Below, one piece after another: positions 48,421 through 58,234 of a stretch of DNA of 64,000 nucleotides. Where the stretch lies: positions 3,072,001 through 3,136,000 of the forward strand of contig CBDFJF010000002.1 of NCBI GenBank assembly GCA_965248265.1. The letters run 5' to 3'. Positions within the stretch are counted from its first letter, which is position 1; the number at the start of each line of letters is the position of its first letter. The notes beneath the pieces are model-generated. The model saw nothing but the letters and a program-made list of their open reading frames with translations. It was not told where the DNA came from and made no database searches. The position numbers and the translations under genes were made by a program. Source of the DNA: Candidatus Latescibacterota bacterium. Its GTDB lineage: Bacteria > Latescibacterota > UBA2968 > UBA8231.

Positions 48421-49692
48421 ATGACTGATACAACTGTGCAATTGCCATACGGAGACAACGAGATAGATGTTGTTGTCGCCGAGAAAAATCTGCGCGGAAT
48501 ACTTAAGGCCGCAGATACCCACGGTGATGTCGATGAGGCAGAGGCCATTCGCCATGGGCTGGAGAATCCCACTGGCTCAGCGCCCTTGAGAGACCTAGTC
48601 GAGCCCGGCCAAAAGGTTGTCATCATTACCAGCGATCTGACCAGACCATGCCCGTCTCCGCTGCTGCTGCCCCCGGTGCTGGATGAATTGAATGCTGGTG
48701 GAGTTCCCGACACGGATATCACCGTGGTGATTGCCCTTGGTCTGCACCGGCCTCTGACACCGCTGGAACTGGCCCAATCCGTTGGACAGCAGGTCATTAA
48801 CCGGGTCGACGTCATCAACCACGATCCGGACGACACGGTGCATATCGGAACGACCCGGTTCGGAACCCCCGTTGACCTGTTTCGTCCGTTGGTCCAGGCT
48901 GACGTGCGAGTCTGTCTGGGCAATGTCGAATTTCACTGGTTTGCCGGATACTCGGGTGGAGCCAAGGCCATTCTGCCAGGCTGCGCCTCTGAGCGTACGG
49001 TGACGGCCAACCACGCGATGATGGCTGGTGAGGAGGCGCGAGCAGGGCGTCTGGAGGGAAATCCTGTTCGCGAGGATCTCGAGGAAGGGGTCGAGTTGGT
49101 CGGGGTCGATTTCATACTCAACGTCATCGTCGACAGTCGCCACCGGATAACCGAAGCGGTTGCTGGCGATGTCAGGATCGCCCATCGGCAAGCCTGCGAG
49201 CTTGTCAGGGTGCGCAGTGCGGTGGAAATCGAAGAAAAAGCGGATATCGTCATCGTCAGCGGCGGTGGCAGCCCGTCAGACATCAACCTGTATCAGGCAC
49301 AGAAGGCGCTGGACAATGCCCTGGGGGCGGTCCGTCGTGGTGGCGCCATCGTCTGGCTGGCCCAGTGCAGGGAGGGTGTAGGGAACTCGGTGTTCGAGAC
49401 CTGGATGAGCGAAGCCGGATCGGCACAGCAGATACTGGATCGCATTCAGGTGGAATTCGCCCTGGGAGGGCACAAGGCTGCTGCTCTCGCGAACACGGTG
49501 CAACACGCCCGCGTATACCTGGTTTCCGATCTGGAAACGGACATGTTCGCAGGGTTGGGTGTGATTCAGATGCCCTGCGCTCAGCAGGCACTCGAACGAG
49601 CTCTGGCGGACATCGGGTCGCAGGCATCCGTCCTGGTGATGCCGCAGGGAGCCGCGACGTTTCCGATCACCGCTCAGTATGGACAGAGCTGA
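48421..49692 (+). CDS. LarA-family nickel-pincer racemase/epimerase
   Basis: SDLTRP, GLHR, INHD, FHWFAGYSGGAK, ANH, NLYQAQKA. Confidence 0.9.
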   Translation: MTDTTVQLPYGDNEIDVVVAEKNLRGILKAADTHGDVDEAEAIRHGLENPTGSAPLRDLVEPGQKVVIITSDLTRPCPSPLLLPPVLDELNAGGVPDTDITVVIALGLHRPLTPLELAQSVGQQVINRVDVINHDPDDTVHIGTTRFGTPVDLFRPLVQADVRVCLGNVEFHWFAGYSGGAKAILPGCASERTVTANHAMMAGEEARAGRLEGNPVREDLEEGVELVGVDFILNVIVDSRHRITEAVAGDVRIAHRQACELVRVRSAVEIEEKADIVIVSGGGSPSDINLYQAQKALDNALGAVRRGGAIVWLAQCREGVGNSVFETWMSEAGSAQQILDRIQVEFALGGHKAAALANTVQHARVYLVSDLETDMFAGLGVIQMPCAQQALERALADIGSQASVLVMPQGAATFPITAQYGQS

Positions 49693-49797
49693 GGCCCAAG
49701 CCGCCGTCCTCATCGAACAGGTCAAGCTGGCGGCTGTGTCGAACGCGCTGCGCTCGGCGCAACAGCGGCTCGACGAGCGGGTCAGTTGCGGCAGGGT

Positions 49798-50862
49798 TCA
49801 CGTTTCGGCGACGAACGGGAGGTCGACGACCGTGGCGTTTGAGGTCCCCGAGTCATCGTCATTGCTGAACTCGAGGCAAGTGCCCGCTTCCGTGAAGGCA
49901 GAGCGCACGTACGCCAGTGCGATGTTGCGGTCCAGAACAGGGGAGTGCGCGGCTGAGGTGATATCGCCGACAGCACGGCCTGCGGATCTGATGACGGTGC
50001 CCTTGGCCGGAATAGCATTCCCAGCCAGAGTCAACCCGACAATCCGCTGTTTCACTTTGTCGTAGGTGTCCAGGCGCGCGATGACCTCCTGGCCGATGTA
50101 ACACCCCTTGTCGAGGTGAACGGCGTGGGCCAATCCCGCCTCCCATGGGTTGTGGTCGTCGTTCAGCTCGGAGCCTGACAACGGGACGCCAAACTGGATC
50201 CGGAGAGCCTCGAATGCGACTTCTCCCATGACTTGAGTTTTACAACCTAACAAGTTGTCCCACAGCTGAATAGCTATATCAGTATTGACGAAAACCTGAA
50301 GCCGGGGACAGGGACCGAGGTCAACCCTCGCAACCGCCAGATCCTGGTCGATGACGGAGCAGCCATAAGGCGGAAGTTCCTCTGCCACGATTCCGAGAGC
50401 CTCGTCGAACAACCGGAGGGATTCAGGTCCGATCAACTCGAACATGCAGGAATCGGCAATCCGATCCACCCATTCGAGCTGCTCTGCGAATAGATACGGG
50501 TCAAGCCATTCCGGCAGCCTTCCACCAGCCTTTGTTGCGCCGACAAATCGTGTCATGTCCTCGCTCATGCGAGCGAAGTTTCCAGCCTCGACGATGCGGC
50601 CCCGGCTGTCTGGGAACACGGCGAGTTGTCCGTGGCCGACTTCCAAGCCGTTGAAGTCGTTCGTCGTCATGCGGTGCAGGAAGTCGAGATGATCCGGGCC
50701 TTTGAAGTCTATTCTGCTCAGATGCGAGGCTTCGCGAATGGCAGATTTGTGGCAGGCGGCGGCACACTCAAGGCGGATATCGCCGAAGTGCGCGGCCAGT
50801 TTCCAGCCGTTCTGCAGGAGCCAACTGGCCGGGTTGGAATGCTCGAGAATCGGGCTTTTCAT
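49798..50862 (-). CDS. YgfZ/GcvT-family folate-binding protein
   Basis: Signature KGCYIGQE in a GcvT-like fold (GPDHLDFLH, SP…IALAYV). Confidence 0.88.
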   Translation of the reverse strand: MKSPILEHSNPASWLLQNGWKLAAHFGDIRLECAAACHKSAIREASHLSRIDFKGPDHLDFLHRMTTNDFNGLEVGHGQLAVFPDSRGRIVEAGNFARMSEDMTRFVGATKAGGRLPEWLDPYLFAEQLEWVDRIADSCMFELIGPESLRLFDEALGIVAEELPPYGCSVIDQDLAVARVDLGPCPRLQVFVNTDIAIQLWDNLLGCKTQVMGEVAFEALRIQFGVPLSGSELNDDHNPWEAGLAHAVHLDKGCYIGQEVIARLDTYDKVKQRIVGLTLAGNAIPAKGTVIRSAGRAVGDITSAAHSPVLDRNIALAYVRSAFTEAGTCLEFSNDDDSGTSNATVVDLPFVAET

Positions 50863-50951
50863 GCCGTGTCAGTGTTTGGGGTTCGCGGAAAGTAAGTTAT
50901 CGGGTGGGCAGATTCCGGACAAGAAAATACGTCGGGTTGCAGCCGAGGTCG

Positions 50952-53900
50952 CTAACAAGCGGCAGACTGTATCAGCTGCAGGGTAGATCCGAATTGCGGA
51001 TCCTTGGTGACCTGAATCTGGGTGGGGAAGGCGTCTCTGAGCACCGGCAGGTGAGTAACCACCAGGATCTTCTCGAAATCGTGACTGATCTCCTGGATTG
51101 CCTCGATCATCGACTCCAACCCCTTGCCATCCTGAGTGCCGAAGCCCTCGTCGATGATGAGGGTTCTCAGGCGCGTACCGGAACGCCGTGCCAGTACCTT
51201 CGAGAGTGCCACGCGCAGCGCGAAGTTTGTGCGGAAGGCCTCTCCGCCCGAGTAGAGGCTGTAGGCCCGTTCGCCGAGTTCGTCAGCGATCTTGATGTCC
51301 AGCGTTTCCCTGGTCGCTCCTGATTTGAGGTCCTTCAGCGACTCCAGTGAGATCTGAATGCGGTTGTCGGTCAAGCGGCCCAACAAGGCATTGGCCTCTC
51401 GTTCAATTTCGGGAATGGCCCCTTCGATGATGAGCGCTTGAATGCCGTCTTTGCCGAAAGCCTCATCAAGGCGGGCGTAGATCCAGCTCTCTTGTTCGGC
51501 CGTGGCAAGCCGGGTCCTGAACTCCGCCCTCTGGAGGCCGAGTTTGCGGCATCGATCCAAAACCCCTTCCACGGATCCGCGACGTTCAAGAAGCTGATCG
51601 CGCTCGGTGCGTTGACTCTGGAGTCGAGCCTGCACTTTCTTCAGTTGGGCCTCCAGGTTGGGGATGGTCGCTTCCTGCACAGCCGATTCCTCGAGGTCCC
51701 TGTCGAGCGCTCCCAACTTCTGCTCCAGGCGAGCCATCTCAAGCTGAAGTGCTTCCAGCTTCGCCCTCAATCCAGATTGACTCTTTCGGGCGTTCTCAAG
51801 CCGTTCGCTCAACTGCACGACTTGAGCCAGATCTGACAGATGCTGCCTTATGGATTCATGGCGGCCGGAATCGTACGCCAGCTCGGCGAAATCCAGCAAG
51901 ATCCGGCTCAACCTGGTCCGCTCATCGCGGGCAAAGGATTCTTCCCGCAGTACATGCTCGGTATGCTCAAGTGTCTTCTCGGTGCGATCCAGTTCCAGCA
52001 GGATTCGTTGCTTGCTGGTGCGTGCTTCTTGGAGCAGGCGGCGTTCAGCATCGGCCGCGGCCAGTTCACGAAGGTGTTCCTGGACGCGTCGAAGTTTTTC
52101 AGTGCTGAAACCCAATCGGGTGATGCGTTGGTCCAGGGCGTGCAGTTGGTCGCGCTCAGGGGCGGAAAAATCGCCCGTTTCTAGTTGGCGCTTCAACTCG
52201 TCCTGGCGCGAACCCAGGCGTTCCGATTCAGAGCGTACTAAGTCGAACTGCTCGAATCGTGCACGCAACTGGGCCGCTGCATTTTGCAGCGGCAGAATGC
52301 GAGAAGCGAGTTGCGCGCGGTCTTGAAATTGCGCCCGCCTGGTTGTTACTTCCGCGGATTTGGCTGCCACGGCCTCCGTCAGCTGCGCGATCTGTTCTTC
52401 GCATTCGCTCTTTCGTTGGTTCATTTCCGCTTCCAGCTGTTCGCGGTGTTCACGGTCTAGAGGCGATCCACAAAGCGGGCAGTCAGCGTCGGTGCTGTCG
52501 CCCAGTACGCGGGACCTTCCCGACATTTCGCTCAGCTGCTCCAGTGTTTCCTGCAGACGCTCTGTATCCCGCTCGATCTCGGCTGCAAGGGAAGTGCCTT
52601 GCTCCCGTAAGGTTTCCATGTCTTCTGTTTGTACTTTGAGCTCATCCAGTTCACGGTTGGTGGCGGTCAACTCCTTTTCGATGCCCGGTTGCTGAGACAA
52701 CATCCAATGAACCTCGGCATGGCGGTCCCGCACCAACTCTGCTTCGGTTTCCAGGCTCTTTCGGGTCGAGTCGATGTGAAGGCTCAACCTACTTCGTTCG
52801 AGTTCGAGCTGCGCGACTTCCAGCTGGGTGACCTTGAGTTTGTCTTCTCGTGCTCGGTAGGAGCACAGCTCGGCGTAGGCAGTGTCAATCCTTTTCTCTT
52901 CAGATATCAGCAGCCCATTCTCTGCCAGTTGACTCGCCAAGGCCGTCCTCTGCGTGCGGAAGCGCTCGCGCTCACGTTCGTGGCAGTGTCGCATGTCGCG
53001 GATGCTGCTTTCGAGCTGGGCCTGGGTTTGGGACAGCTGCCAGCGTTGCTGTGATTTTTCCGCCAGCTCGGTCTCCTCTGACCTGAGGGTTTTGTAGGTC
53101 GCCAAGTCCGACTCGATGGTTTCCGCTGTGTCGAGCAAAGAGCGGTTGTCCTGTTGAAGCTTGGTCAAGTCGGCAGATTCAGTGCGGAGGGCAGCTATCC
53201 TTTGCACCAGCTGCGGCCGATCAATCCGCAGTCTGCCTGCCACTTCTGCCAGGCCCCGTGCCTCCAGCAGGGCTTGGGTCGCGGCCTTTTCATTCCCGGT
53301 GTCGAGCTCAAGCTGACCATCCACGGCTGCCAGTAGCTCGACTACTTGCTGCCGTGCCGTCTCATGCTCGTCCCGGTGGCTGAGTTCGTCGTCTAGTTCG
53401 GCAATTCGGGACCCGCAATGTTCCACCTCCGTTGTACGCAGATTGAGTTTGTCCCTGGCGAGCCGTTGCAATCGGTCGTAGCGCGACAGCCCGAGAATCT
53501 CGGCCAGGACCTGTTTGCGCTCGCGGGGTGTCTTCTGAGTGAATTCAGCGTCCCGGCCCTGCAGTATGAATGCGGAGTTCACGAAGGTTGTGTAGTCCAT
53601 GCACAGCAGGCTGTCGATCTGCCGTTGTGTATTCGCCGCCGAGGTCGAGTCGGTCAGGGAGCGATAGCATTGCGATTGAGGATCGAAGACCAGCAGATCC
53701 AACTCGGTGACAGAGCGCGTCCTGCGCTTGACGAAACGGCGCTTGACCAAGTAGCGGTCGGCGTCGAGGTCGAACGTGAGGTCAACCTCCATCTCGGTCG
53801 TCCCCAATCGCAGCAGACCCTCATCCGCCTTGCGCTCAGAGCGTCCTTTGCGTCCTTCCCCCCAAAGCGCGTAGGTCAACGCGTCCAGCAGGGCGGACTT

Positions 53901-54014
53901 GCCATGCCCATTGTCACCACTCAAGCAGGCGACTCGGAAATCACTGAAATCCAGCGTTACCGTGTCGTCTCCGTAGCTGAGGAAATTACGCAGGCTGAGC
54001 CGGGCCGGAATCAC
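50952..54014 (-). CDS. sbcC: SbcC/Rad50 SMC-like ATPase
   Basis: NFLSY, GDNGHGKS, hook CPLC, signature YSGGE and Walker B IIDEGFG. Confidence 0.92.
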   Translation of the reverse strand: MIPARLSLRNFLSYGDDTVTLDFSDFRVACLSGDNGHGKSALLDALTYALWGEGRKGRSERKADEGLLRLGTTEMEVDLTFDLDADRYLVKRRFVKRRTRSVTELDLLVFDPQSQCYRSLTDSTSAANTQRQIDSLLCMDYTTFVNSAFILQGRDAEFTQKTPRERKQVLAEILGLSRYDRLQRLARDKLNLRTTEVEHCGSRIAELDDELSHRDEHETARQQVVELLAAVDGQLELDTGNEKAATQALLEARGLAEVAGRLRIDRPQLVQRIAALRTESADLTKLQQDNRSLLDTAETIESDLATYKTLRSEETELAEKSQQRWQLSQTQAQLESSIRDMRHCHERERERFRTQRTALASQLAENGLLISEEKRIDTAYAELCSYRAREDKLKVTQLEVAQLELERSRLSLHIDSTRKSLETEAELVRDRHAEVHWMLSQQPGIEKELTATNRELDELKVQTEDMETLREQGTSLAAEIERDTERLQETLEQLSEMSGRSRVLGDSTDADCPLCGSPLDREHREQLEAEMNQRKSECEEQIAQLTEAVAAKSAEVTTRRAQFQDRAQLASRILPLQNAAAQLRARFEQFDLVRSESERLGSRQDELKRQLETGDFSAPERDQLHALDQRITRLGFSTEKLRRVQEHLRELAAADAERRLLQEARTSKQRILLELDRTEKTLEHTEHVLREESFARDERTRLSRILLDFAELAYDSGRHESIRQHLSDLAQVVQLSERLENARKSQSGLRAKLEALQLEMARLEQKLGALDRDLEESAVQEATIPNLEAQLKKVQARLQSQRTERDQLLERRGSVEGVLDRCRKLGLQRAEFRTRLATAEQESWIYARLDEAFGKDGIQALIIEGAIPEIEREANALLGRLTDNRIQISLESLKDLKSGATRETLDIKIADELGERAYSLYSGGEAFRTNFALRVALSKVLARRSGTRLRTLIIDEGFGTQDGKGLESMIEAIQEISHDFEKILVVTHLPVLRDAFPTQIQVTKDPQFGSTLQLIQSAAC

Positions 54015-55267
54015 GGTTGCGCTCCTCCCTCGCCGGCGTCCATCGTTGCCAACTCCTTTTCGAGACGACCGGCATACTCTTTGAGAGACGTTCGCCGGGG
54101 TTGCAGGGCCGGCTGATTGTCCAGGTACCGATCGAGGGCCTCGCCGACGGCGACCTCCTCGCTCAACGAGGCTCGGCGCTGAATTTCATCAGGGTCGCTG
54201 TAGCGCGGAGTGATGGCCGCGACACAGTGCGCACCGGCCAGTGCAGCCCGGATACGATTGGCGTCGAGGCGCTCGGCAAATCCCCGTGGCAACGAGCAGG
54301 TAACACGCACGATGGCGTCCTTCACCTCAGCCGCCTCCACGGCGGTGAGCACGGCCGTAGTCGGGTCCTCGGTCTGAGTGGCGTCGGCCTCTATGGTCAC
54401 AAACTCTCGAGCCGGCGTGTGCTCGAATCGAAAGGAGGTCTGGGCGCCATTCATGCCAAGATCTACCAGACAGAACCCCTTCGGCTCGGCAGCTTCGCCG
54501 AAATCGATGCGTTCCGGGCTTCCTGAATAGACTACCGGTGGCATGCCGTGGGCGTTCAGGTTTTGGTGTCGATGGATGTGGCCCAGAGCGACATAATCAA
54601 AGGCGGAATCGGCGAAAACGGCTGCCGTGAGCACCGGATCGTCACCGATCATGGCGCTGCGTTCAGAGCCGGAGTAGGTGGCCTCTGCCACGGTGACGTG
54701 GGCAGCCAGAACGGAAGGCACTGCCGGGTCGAGTTGTGCGGAAAACTCCGCTATCTGGGAGGCGCAAATTTGGGCGATTTGGCGGTTCATGCGTTCGGGA
54801 CTGAGGTCCTTGAAGCGGTCGTCAGCACGTAGGTAATGTCGCGTCGGCCATGGGAGTCCGGCGACCTGTAGTGGGCCGCTCTTCGTTGCGATTCGGATAA
54901 GGTTGGGTTGTCTGAAGACGTAGGTGTCCTTGAGTCCGAGGGCGTTAAAGATGTCCACGGAAGTTGCCCGTCCGAATGCAGCCGGAGAGTCGTGGTTGCC
55001 GACGATGATGGCGATCGGCACCCCTTCCTGTTGCAACCGTCTCAGATGTGACGCGAGTTCGCGCTGCCAGGTTGGGTTTGGGTTGCAGTTTCTGTAGGCA
55101 TCTCCCGCAAAAACAACCAGATCCACCTTCTCTCGAAGGGCCCGATCAACGACGAATTCGAGTGAGCGGGCGAAATCAGCCAGGCGGGAATGCAACCCGG
55201 TGGATGGATCCAAACGGCCGTAGTTCTCCACACCCAGGTGGAGGTCGGCGAAGTGGAGCAGACGCAT
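54011..55267 (-). CDS. sbcD: SbcD/Mre11 nuclease
   Basis: ADLHLG, AGD, GNHD, YVALGHIH, YSGS. The stop overlaps the sbcC start. Confidence 0.93.
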   Translation of the reverse strand: MRLLHFADLHLGVENYGRLDPSTGLHSRLADFARSLEFVVDRALREKVDLVVFAGDAYRNCNPNPTWQRELASHLRRLQQEGVPIAIIVGNHDSPAAFGRATSVDIFNALGLKDTYVFRQPNLIRIATKSGPLQVAGLPWPTRHYLRADDRFKDLSPERMNRQIAQICASQIAEFSAQLDPAVPSVLAAHVTVAEATYSGSERSAMIGDDPVLTAAVFADSAFDYVALGHIHRHQNLNAHGMPPVVYSGSPERIDFGEAAEPKGFCLVDLGMNGAQTSFRFEHTPAREFVTIEADATQTEDPTTAVLTAVEAAEVKDAIVRVTCSLPRGFAERLDANRIRAALAGAHCVAAITPRYSDPDEIQRRASLSEEVAVGEALDRYLDNQPALQPRRTSLKEYAGRLEKELATMDAGEGGAQP

Positions 55268-55417
55268 TTCGACCTCGTCAAAAGCGATATGGCAGGGAGA
55301 AACGGAGAGGTTGGTGCTGACTTCACACGCGCCAACGAAATGGGGGAGTTGGTGAGTCAAGTATAGAAGCCGCAAGTAACCTGCGAAAGAGCTAAATGAT
55401 CCTCGGCCGCAACTTGT

Positions 55418-55446
55418 TTGCTCCAGAAACTGGATCTTGCTATATT
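55418..55446 (+). promoter_or_regulatory. Sigma70 promoter of greA
   Basis: TTGCTC-N17-TATATT with extended -10 TG. Confidence 0.55.
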
Positions 55447-55457
55447 TCAGTCATAGC

Positions 55458-55498
55458 AAAGCGGAAGCGAGCCCGAACGGCGCTTCCGTTTTTTGTTT
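55458..55498 (+). terminator. Leader terminator/attenuator upstream of greA
   Basis: GCGGAAGCG-N11-CGCTTCCGT-TTTTTGTTT. Confidence 0.75.
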
Positions 55499-55610
55499 GC
55501 GATGGGGAAGGCGTATTCAGGTCTTGATCAGATTCACGTCGTGATCGGTTTTAACGCCTTGGTCTGGGTGTTCCGGCGGTTTCAAGCGTCTGTGGGAGCA
55601 GGAGTTATAG

Positions 55611-56084
55611 GTGATGAGCGAAGTTTATCTGTCTAGAGAGGGTCTGCAAAAACTCCAGGAAGAGTTGAAGGACCTCAAGTCGACGGAACGGCCGACGGCA
55701 AGGGAGTCGCTCAAGCGCGCTCGTGAGTTTGGCGATCTCTCTGAAAACGCCGAGTACACGGCGGCCAAGGAACGGCTGATGTTTCTGGAACAACGCATCA
55801 ACAGGCTGGAAGAAACCCTGAGCCGGGCGACCTTGTTGGAATTGGAGAATATTCCGGACGACAAGGTATACATTGGCGCAACGGTTGAAATGCATGACCT
55901 CAAGAAGGACGCGACTCTCACCTACACACTGGTGGCTCCCGAGGAGGCTGATTTCGAGGCCGGAAAAATCTCAACGACTTCTCCGATAGGCCAGGGTCTG
56001 CTGGGGCATTCGGAGGGTGAAGAGGTGGAAATCGAGATCCCCGCAGGTACCCTTCACTACAAGATCCAGAAAATCTCCCGGTGA
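55611..56084 (+). CDS. greA: Transcription elongation factor GreA (start GTG 55611 or ATG 55614)
   Basis: AREFGDLSENAEY, ISTTSPIGQGLLG. Confidence 0.97.
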   Translation: MMSEVYLSREGLQKLQEELKDLKSTERPTARESLKRAREFGDLSENAEYTAAKERLMFLEQRINRLEETLSRATLLELENIPDDKVYIGATVEMHDLKKDATLTYTLVAPEEADFEAGKISTTSPIGQGLLGHSEGEEVEIEIPAGTLHYKIQKISR

Positions 56085-56138
56085 ACGTGGGTGGCTGCTT
56101 GCGACGCCCGAGTTGCCTTTCGTCCGAAGGCGGCGGGG

Positions 56139-56168
56139 TTGACAGTCTTTCGATTCAGTCCCTATCTT
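56139..56168 (+). promoter_or_regulatory. Sigma70-like promoter of the tRNA cluster
   Basis: TTGACA-N18-TATCTT. Confidence 0.5.
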
Positions 56169-56231
56169 ATAGGGTTTATAACTACATGCTTGTCCTGCTG
56201 TGGTAGGGCAGGCAAGGGCTTCCCAGTAGGT

Positions 56232-56308
56232 GCGGGAGTAGCTCAGTTGGCTAGAGCGCGAGCCTTCCAAGCTCGATGTCGCGGGTTCGAGTCCCGTTTC
56301 CCGCTCCA
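56232..56308 (+). tRNA. tRNA-Gly(TCC)
   Basis: GCGGGAG acceptor stem, anticodon arm CGAGC-CTTCCAA-GCTCG, GGTTCGAGTC and encoded CCA. Confidence 0.97.
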
Positions 56309-56328
56309 AGTCGAAGCGGTTGTTCGAG

Positions 56329-56404
<76 letters not shown>

Positions 56405-56406
56405 TT

Positions 56407-56453
56407 TTCAACGACTTAGATTAACTTCAACGACTTAGATTAACTTCAACGAC
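56407..56453. repeat. 19-bp tandem repeat, about 2.5 copies, immediately 3' of tRNA-Thr
   Basis: TTCAACGACTTAGATTAAC twice, then TTCAACGAC. Confidence 0.92.
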
Positions 56454-56558
56454 AAACCCAGCGTCTGTCATAACTCATTGTTTAACTGGTATTTACATGC
56501 AATCTTCGCAGTCGTGGATTGGGTGTAACGCCCAGGGCCTAATTCCGACCTAAAGACG

Positions 56559-56711
56559 ATGCCGAGAGAACAGATTACACTCGAGTGCGAGGAATGCAGT
56601 CGCCGAAATTACACAGCCACGAAAAATCGACGGGCGCAACCCAGTCGGGTGGAATACAAAAAATACTGCCGGTTTTGCCGCAGTCACAAGCTTCATCGAG
56701 AGACGCGGTGA
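56559..56711 (+). CDS. rpmG: 50S ribosomal protein L33 (Zn-ribbon form); not in the ORF track
   Basis: [50 protein letters not shown]. Confidence 0.97.
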   Translation: MPREQITLECEECSRRNYTATKNRRAQPSRVEYKKYCRFCRSHKLHRETR

Positions 56712-56787
56712 AATTCCGGGGAACCACAACTGCAGCCATTTTTCGCGGGAGCAGGTTGGTTCTAACGCGTTCCGCGAGAGTGATTTT

Positions 56788-56864
56788 AGGTCTGTAGCTC
56801 AATTTGGTAGAGCACCGGTCTCCAAAACCGGGGGTTGCAGGTTCGAGTCCTGCCAGGCCTGCCA
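56788..56864 (+). tRNA. tRNA-Trp(CCA)
   Basis: Anticodon arm CCGGT-CTCCAAA-ACCGG, GGTTCGAGTC and CCA end, in the canonical position before secE. Confidence 0.97.
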
Positions 56865-56891
56865 GACTTGGAAGGGCGAAAGCACGCATCG

Positions 56892-57080
56892 ATGCTGGAG
56901 AAAATCACCACTTTCCTGGCCGAAGTCAGAGCCGAGTTCGGCCGTGTTAACTGGCCGACGCGTGACGATCTGGTAAACTCCACGACCGTAGTCGTCGTGT
57001 TCTCGTTGGCTTTTGCCGTATTCATAGGACTTTTCGACCTGGTCATTTCTTACGTACGTGCAATTCTAATCGATCTGTGA
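56892..57080 (+). CDS. secE: Preprotein translocase subunit SecE
   Basis: EVRAEFGRVNWPTR followed by a single TM helix. Confidence 0.95.
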   Translation: MLEKITTFLAEVRAEFGRVNWPTRDDLVNSTTVVVVFSLAFAVFIGLFDLVISYVRAILIDL

Positions 57081-57171
57081 CACGATTTCTCTCCCATAAT
57101 GAGTTCGAGCCAGGGCTGCCCGACCCAGACGGCGGCGTCTCACGGCTCACGATGCACCTTACGGGGGTAGC

Positions 57172-57720
57172 ATGATGGAAAAGCACTGGTACGCCTTGCA
57201 TACCTACTCAGGTCACGAAAACAAGGTGAAAAGTTACCTGGAATCGTTGATCGAATCGGGTGACGCCGGAGACTCGATTTCCAGAGTCGTCGTACCGACG
57301 GAAGAGATGGTCGAAATGCGTGGCGGCAAGAAGACGGTGTCCAAGAGGCGCTTCTTGCCCAGCTATGTTCTCGTCGAGATGGAAATGGGTAAGGATGCCT
57401 GGCACGCGGTGACCAACATTCCCGGCGTGACAAATTTCGTCGGTCCTGCTCGAAAACCTCAACCTCTTCTTCAAGAGGAGGTTGATCACATTCTCGGACA
57501 CATCGACCGGCGCAGCGCACAGGATGTCGACGAAATTCCGTTTGCGGTGGCCGATCAGGTCAAGGTGAATGACGGCGCGTTCAAGGACTTTATCGGGACC
57601 GTGCAGGAGGTGATTCCGGAGAAACGCCGTCTGAAGATCACGGTGAGCATTTTCGGGCGCGGCACGCCAGTCGAACTGGATGTATTGCAGGTGGAGCCGG
57701 TCGACAGCGCCACTGCGTGA
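57172..57720 (+). CDS. nusG: Transcription factor NusG
   Basis: WYALHTYSGHENKV, LPSYVLVEM, KOW domain, IFGRGTPVEL. Confidence 0.98.
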   Translation: MMEKHWYALHTYSGHENKVKSYLESLIESGDAGDSISRVVVPTEEMVEMRGGKKTVSKRRFLPSYVLVEMEMGKDAWHAVTNIPGVTNFVGPARKPQPLLQEEVDHILGHIDRRSAQDVDEIPFAVADQVKVNDGAFKDFIGTVQEVIPEKRRLKITVSIFGRGTPVELDVLQVEPVDSATA

Positions 57721-57795
57721 GTGGGTGGGTGTGAAGCGACAACGAAAGTCGTTCGCAGGACGCGCACGGCTTGATACCAGGTAGGTAGGGAGAGC

Positions 57796-58221
57796 ATGGC
57801 AAAGAAAGAACTGGCGTCGATCAAGTTGCAAATTCCTGCTGGGCAGGCGAGCCCGACTCCACCAGTGGGTCCAGCCCTGGGTCAGCACGGGGTCAATATC
57901 ATGGAGTTTTGCAAGGCCTTCAACGCCAGTACGCAAGACAAACAGGGTCTCATCATTCCCGTCGTCATCACCGTGTATGCTGACCGGACCTTCACCTTCA
58001 TCATGAAGACGCCGCCAGCATCGACGCTACTCAAGCGGGCGACTGGCATCGAGAAGGGATCCGGGGTGCCAAACCGGGACAAGGTGGGAACTGTCAAGCG
58101 CGAACAGTTGCGCGAGATAGCAGAGTTGAAAATGGAAGATTTGAACGCGAACGATATTGACGCGGCAATCGAGATGATCGCCGGGACCGCCCGCAGCATG
58201 GGTCTGGTTCTGGAAGACTAG
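57796..58221 (+). CDS. rplK: 50S ribosomal protein L11
   Basis: [29 protein letters not shown]. Confidence 0.99.
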   Translation: MAKKELASIKLQIPAGQASPTPPVGPALGQHGVNIMEFCKAFNASTQDKQGLIIPVVITVYADRTFTFIMKTPPASTLLKRATGIEKGSGVPNRDKVGTVKREQLREIAELKMEDLNANDIDAAIEMIAGTARSMGLVLED

Positions 58222-58234
58222 CACGGAGACACTC

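Noticed and set aside
50952-55267. SMC-like ATPase plus nuclease as an anti-phage system (Lamassu/Wadjet)
   Set aside because: Canonical Mre11 motifs, a Rad50 zinc hook, sbcD-sbcC order, no effector or kleisin genes and housekeeping neighbours indicate ordinary SbcCD.
56407-56453. Direct repeats as a mini-CRISPR
   Set aside because: The units are contiguous 19-mers with no spacers, and there are no cas genes in the window.
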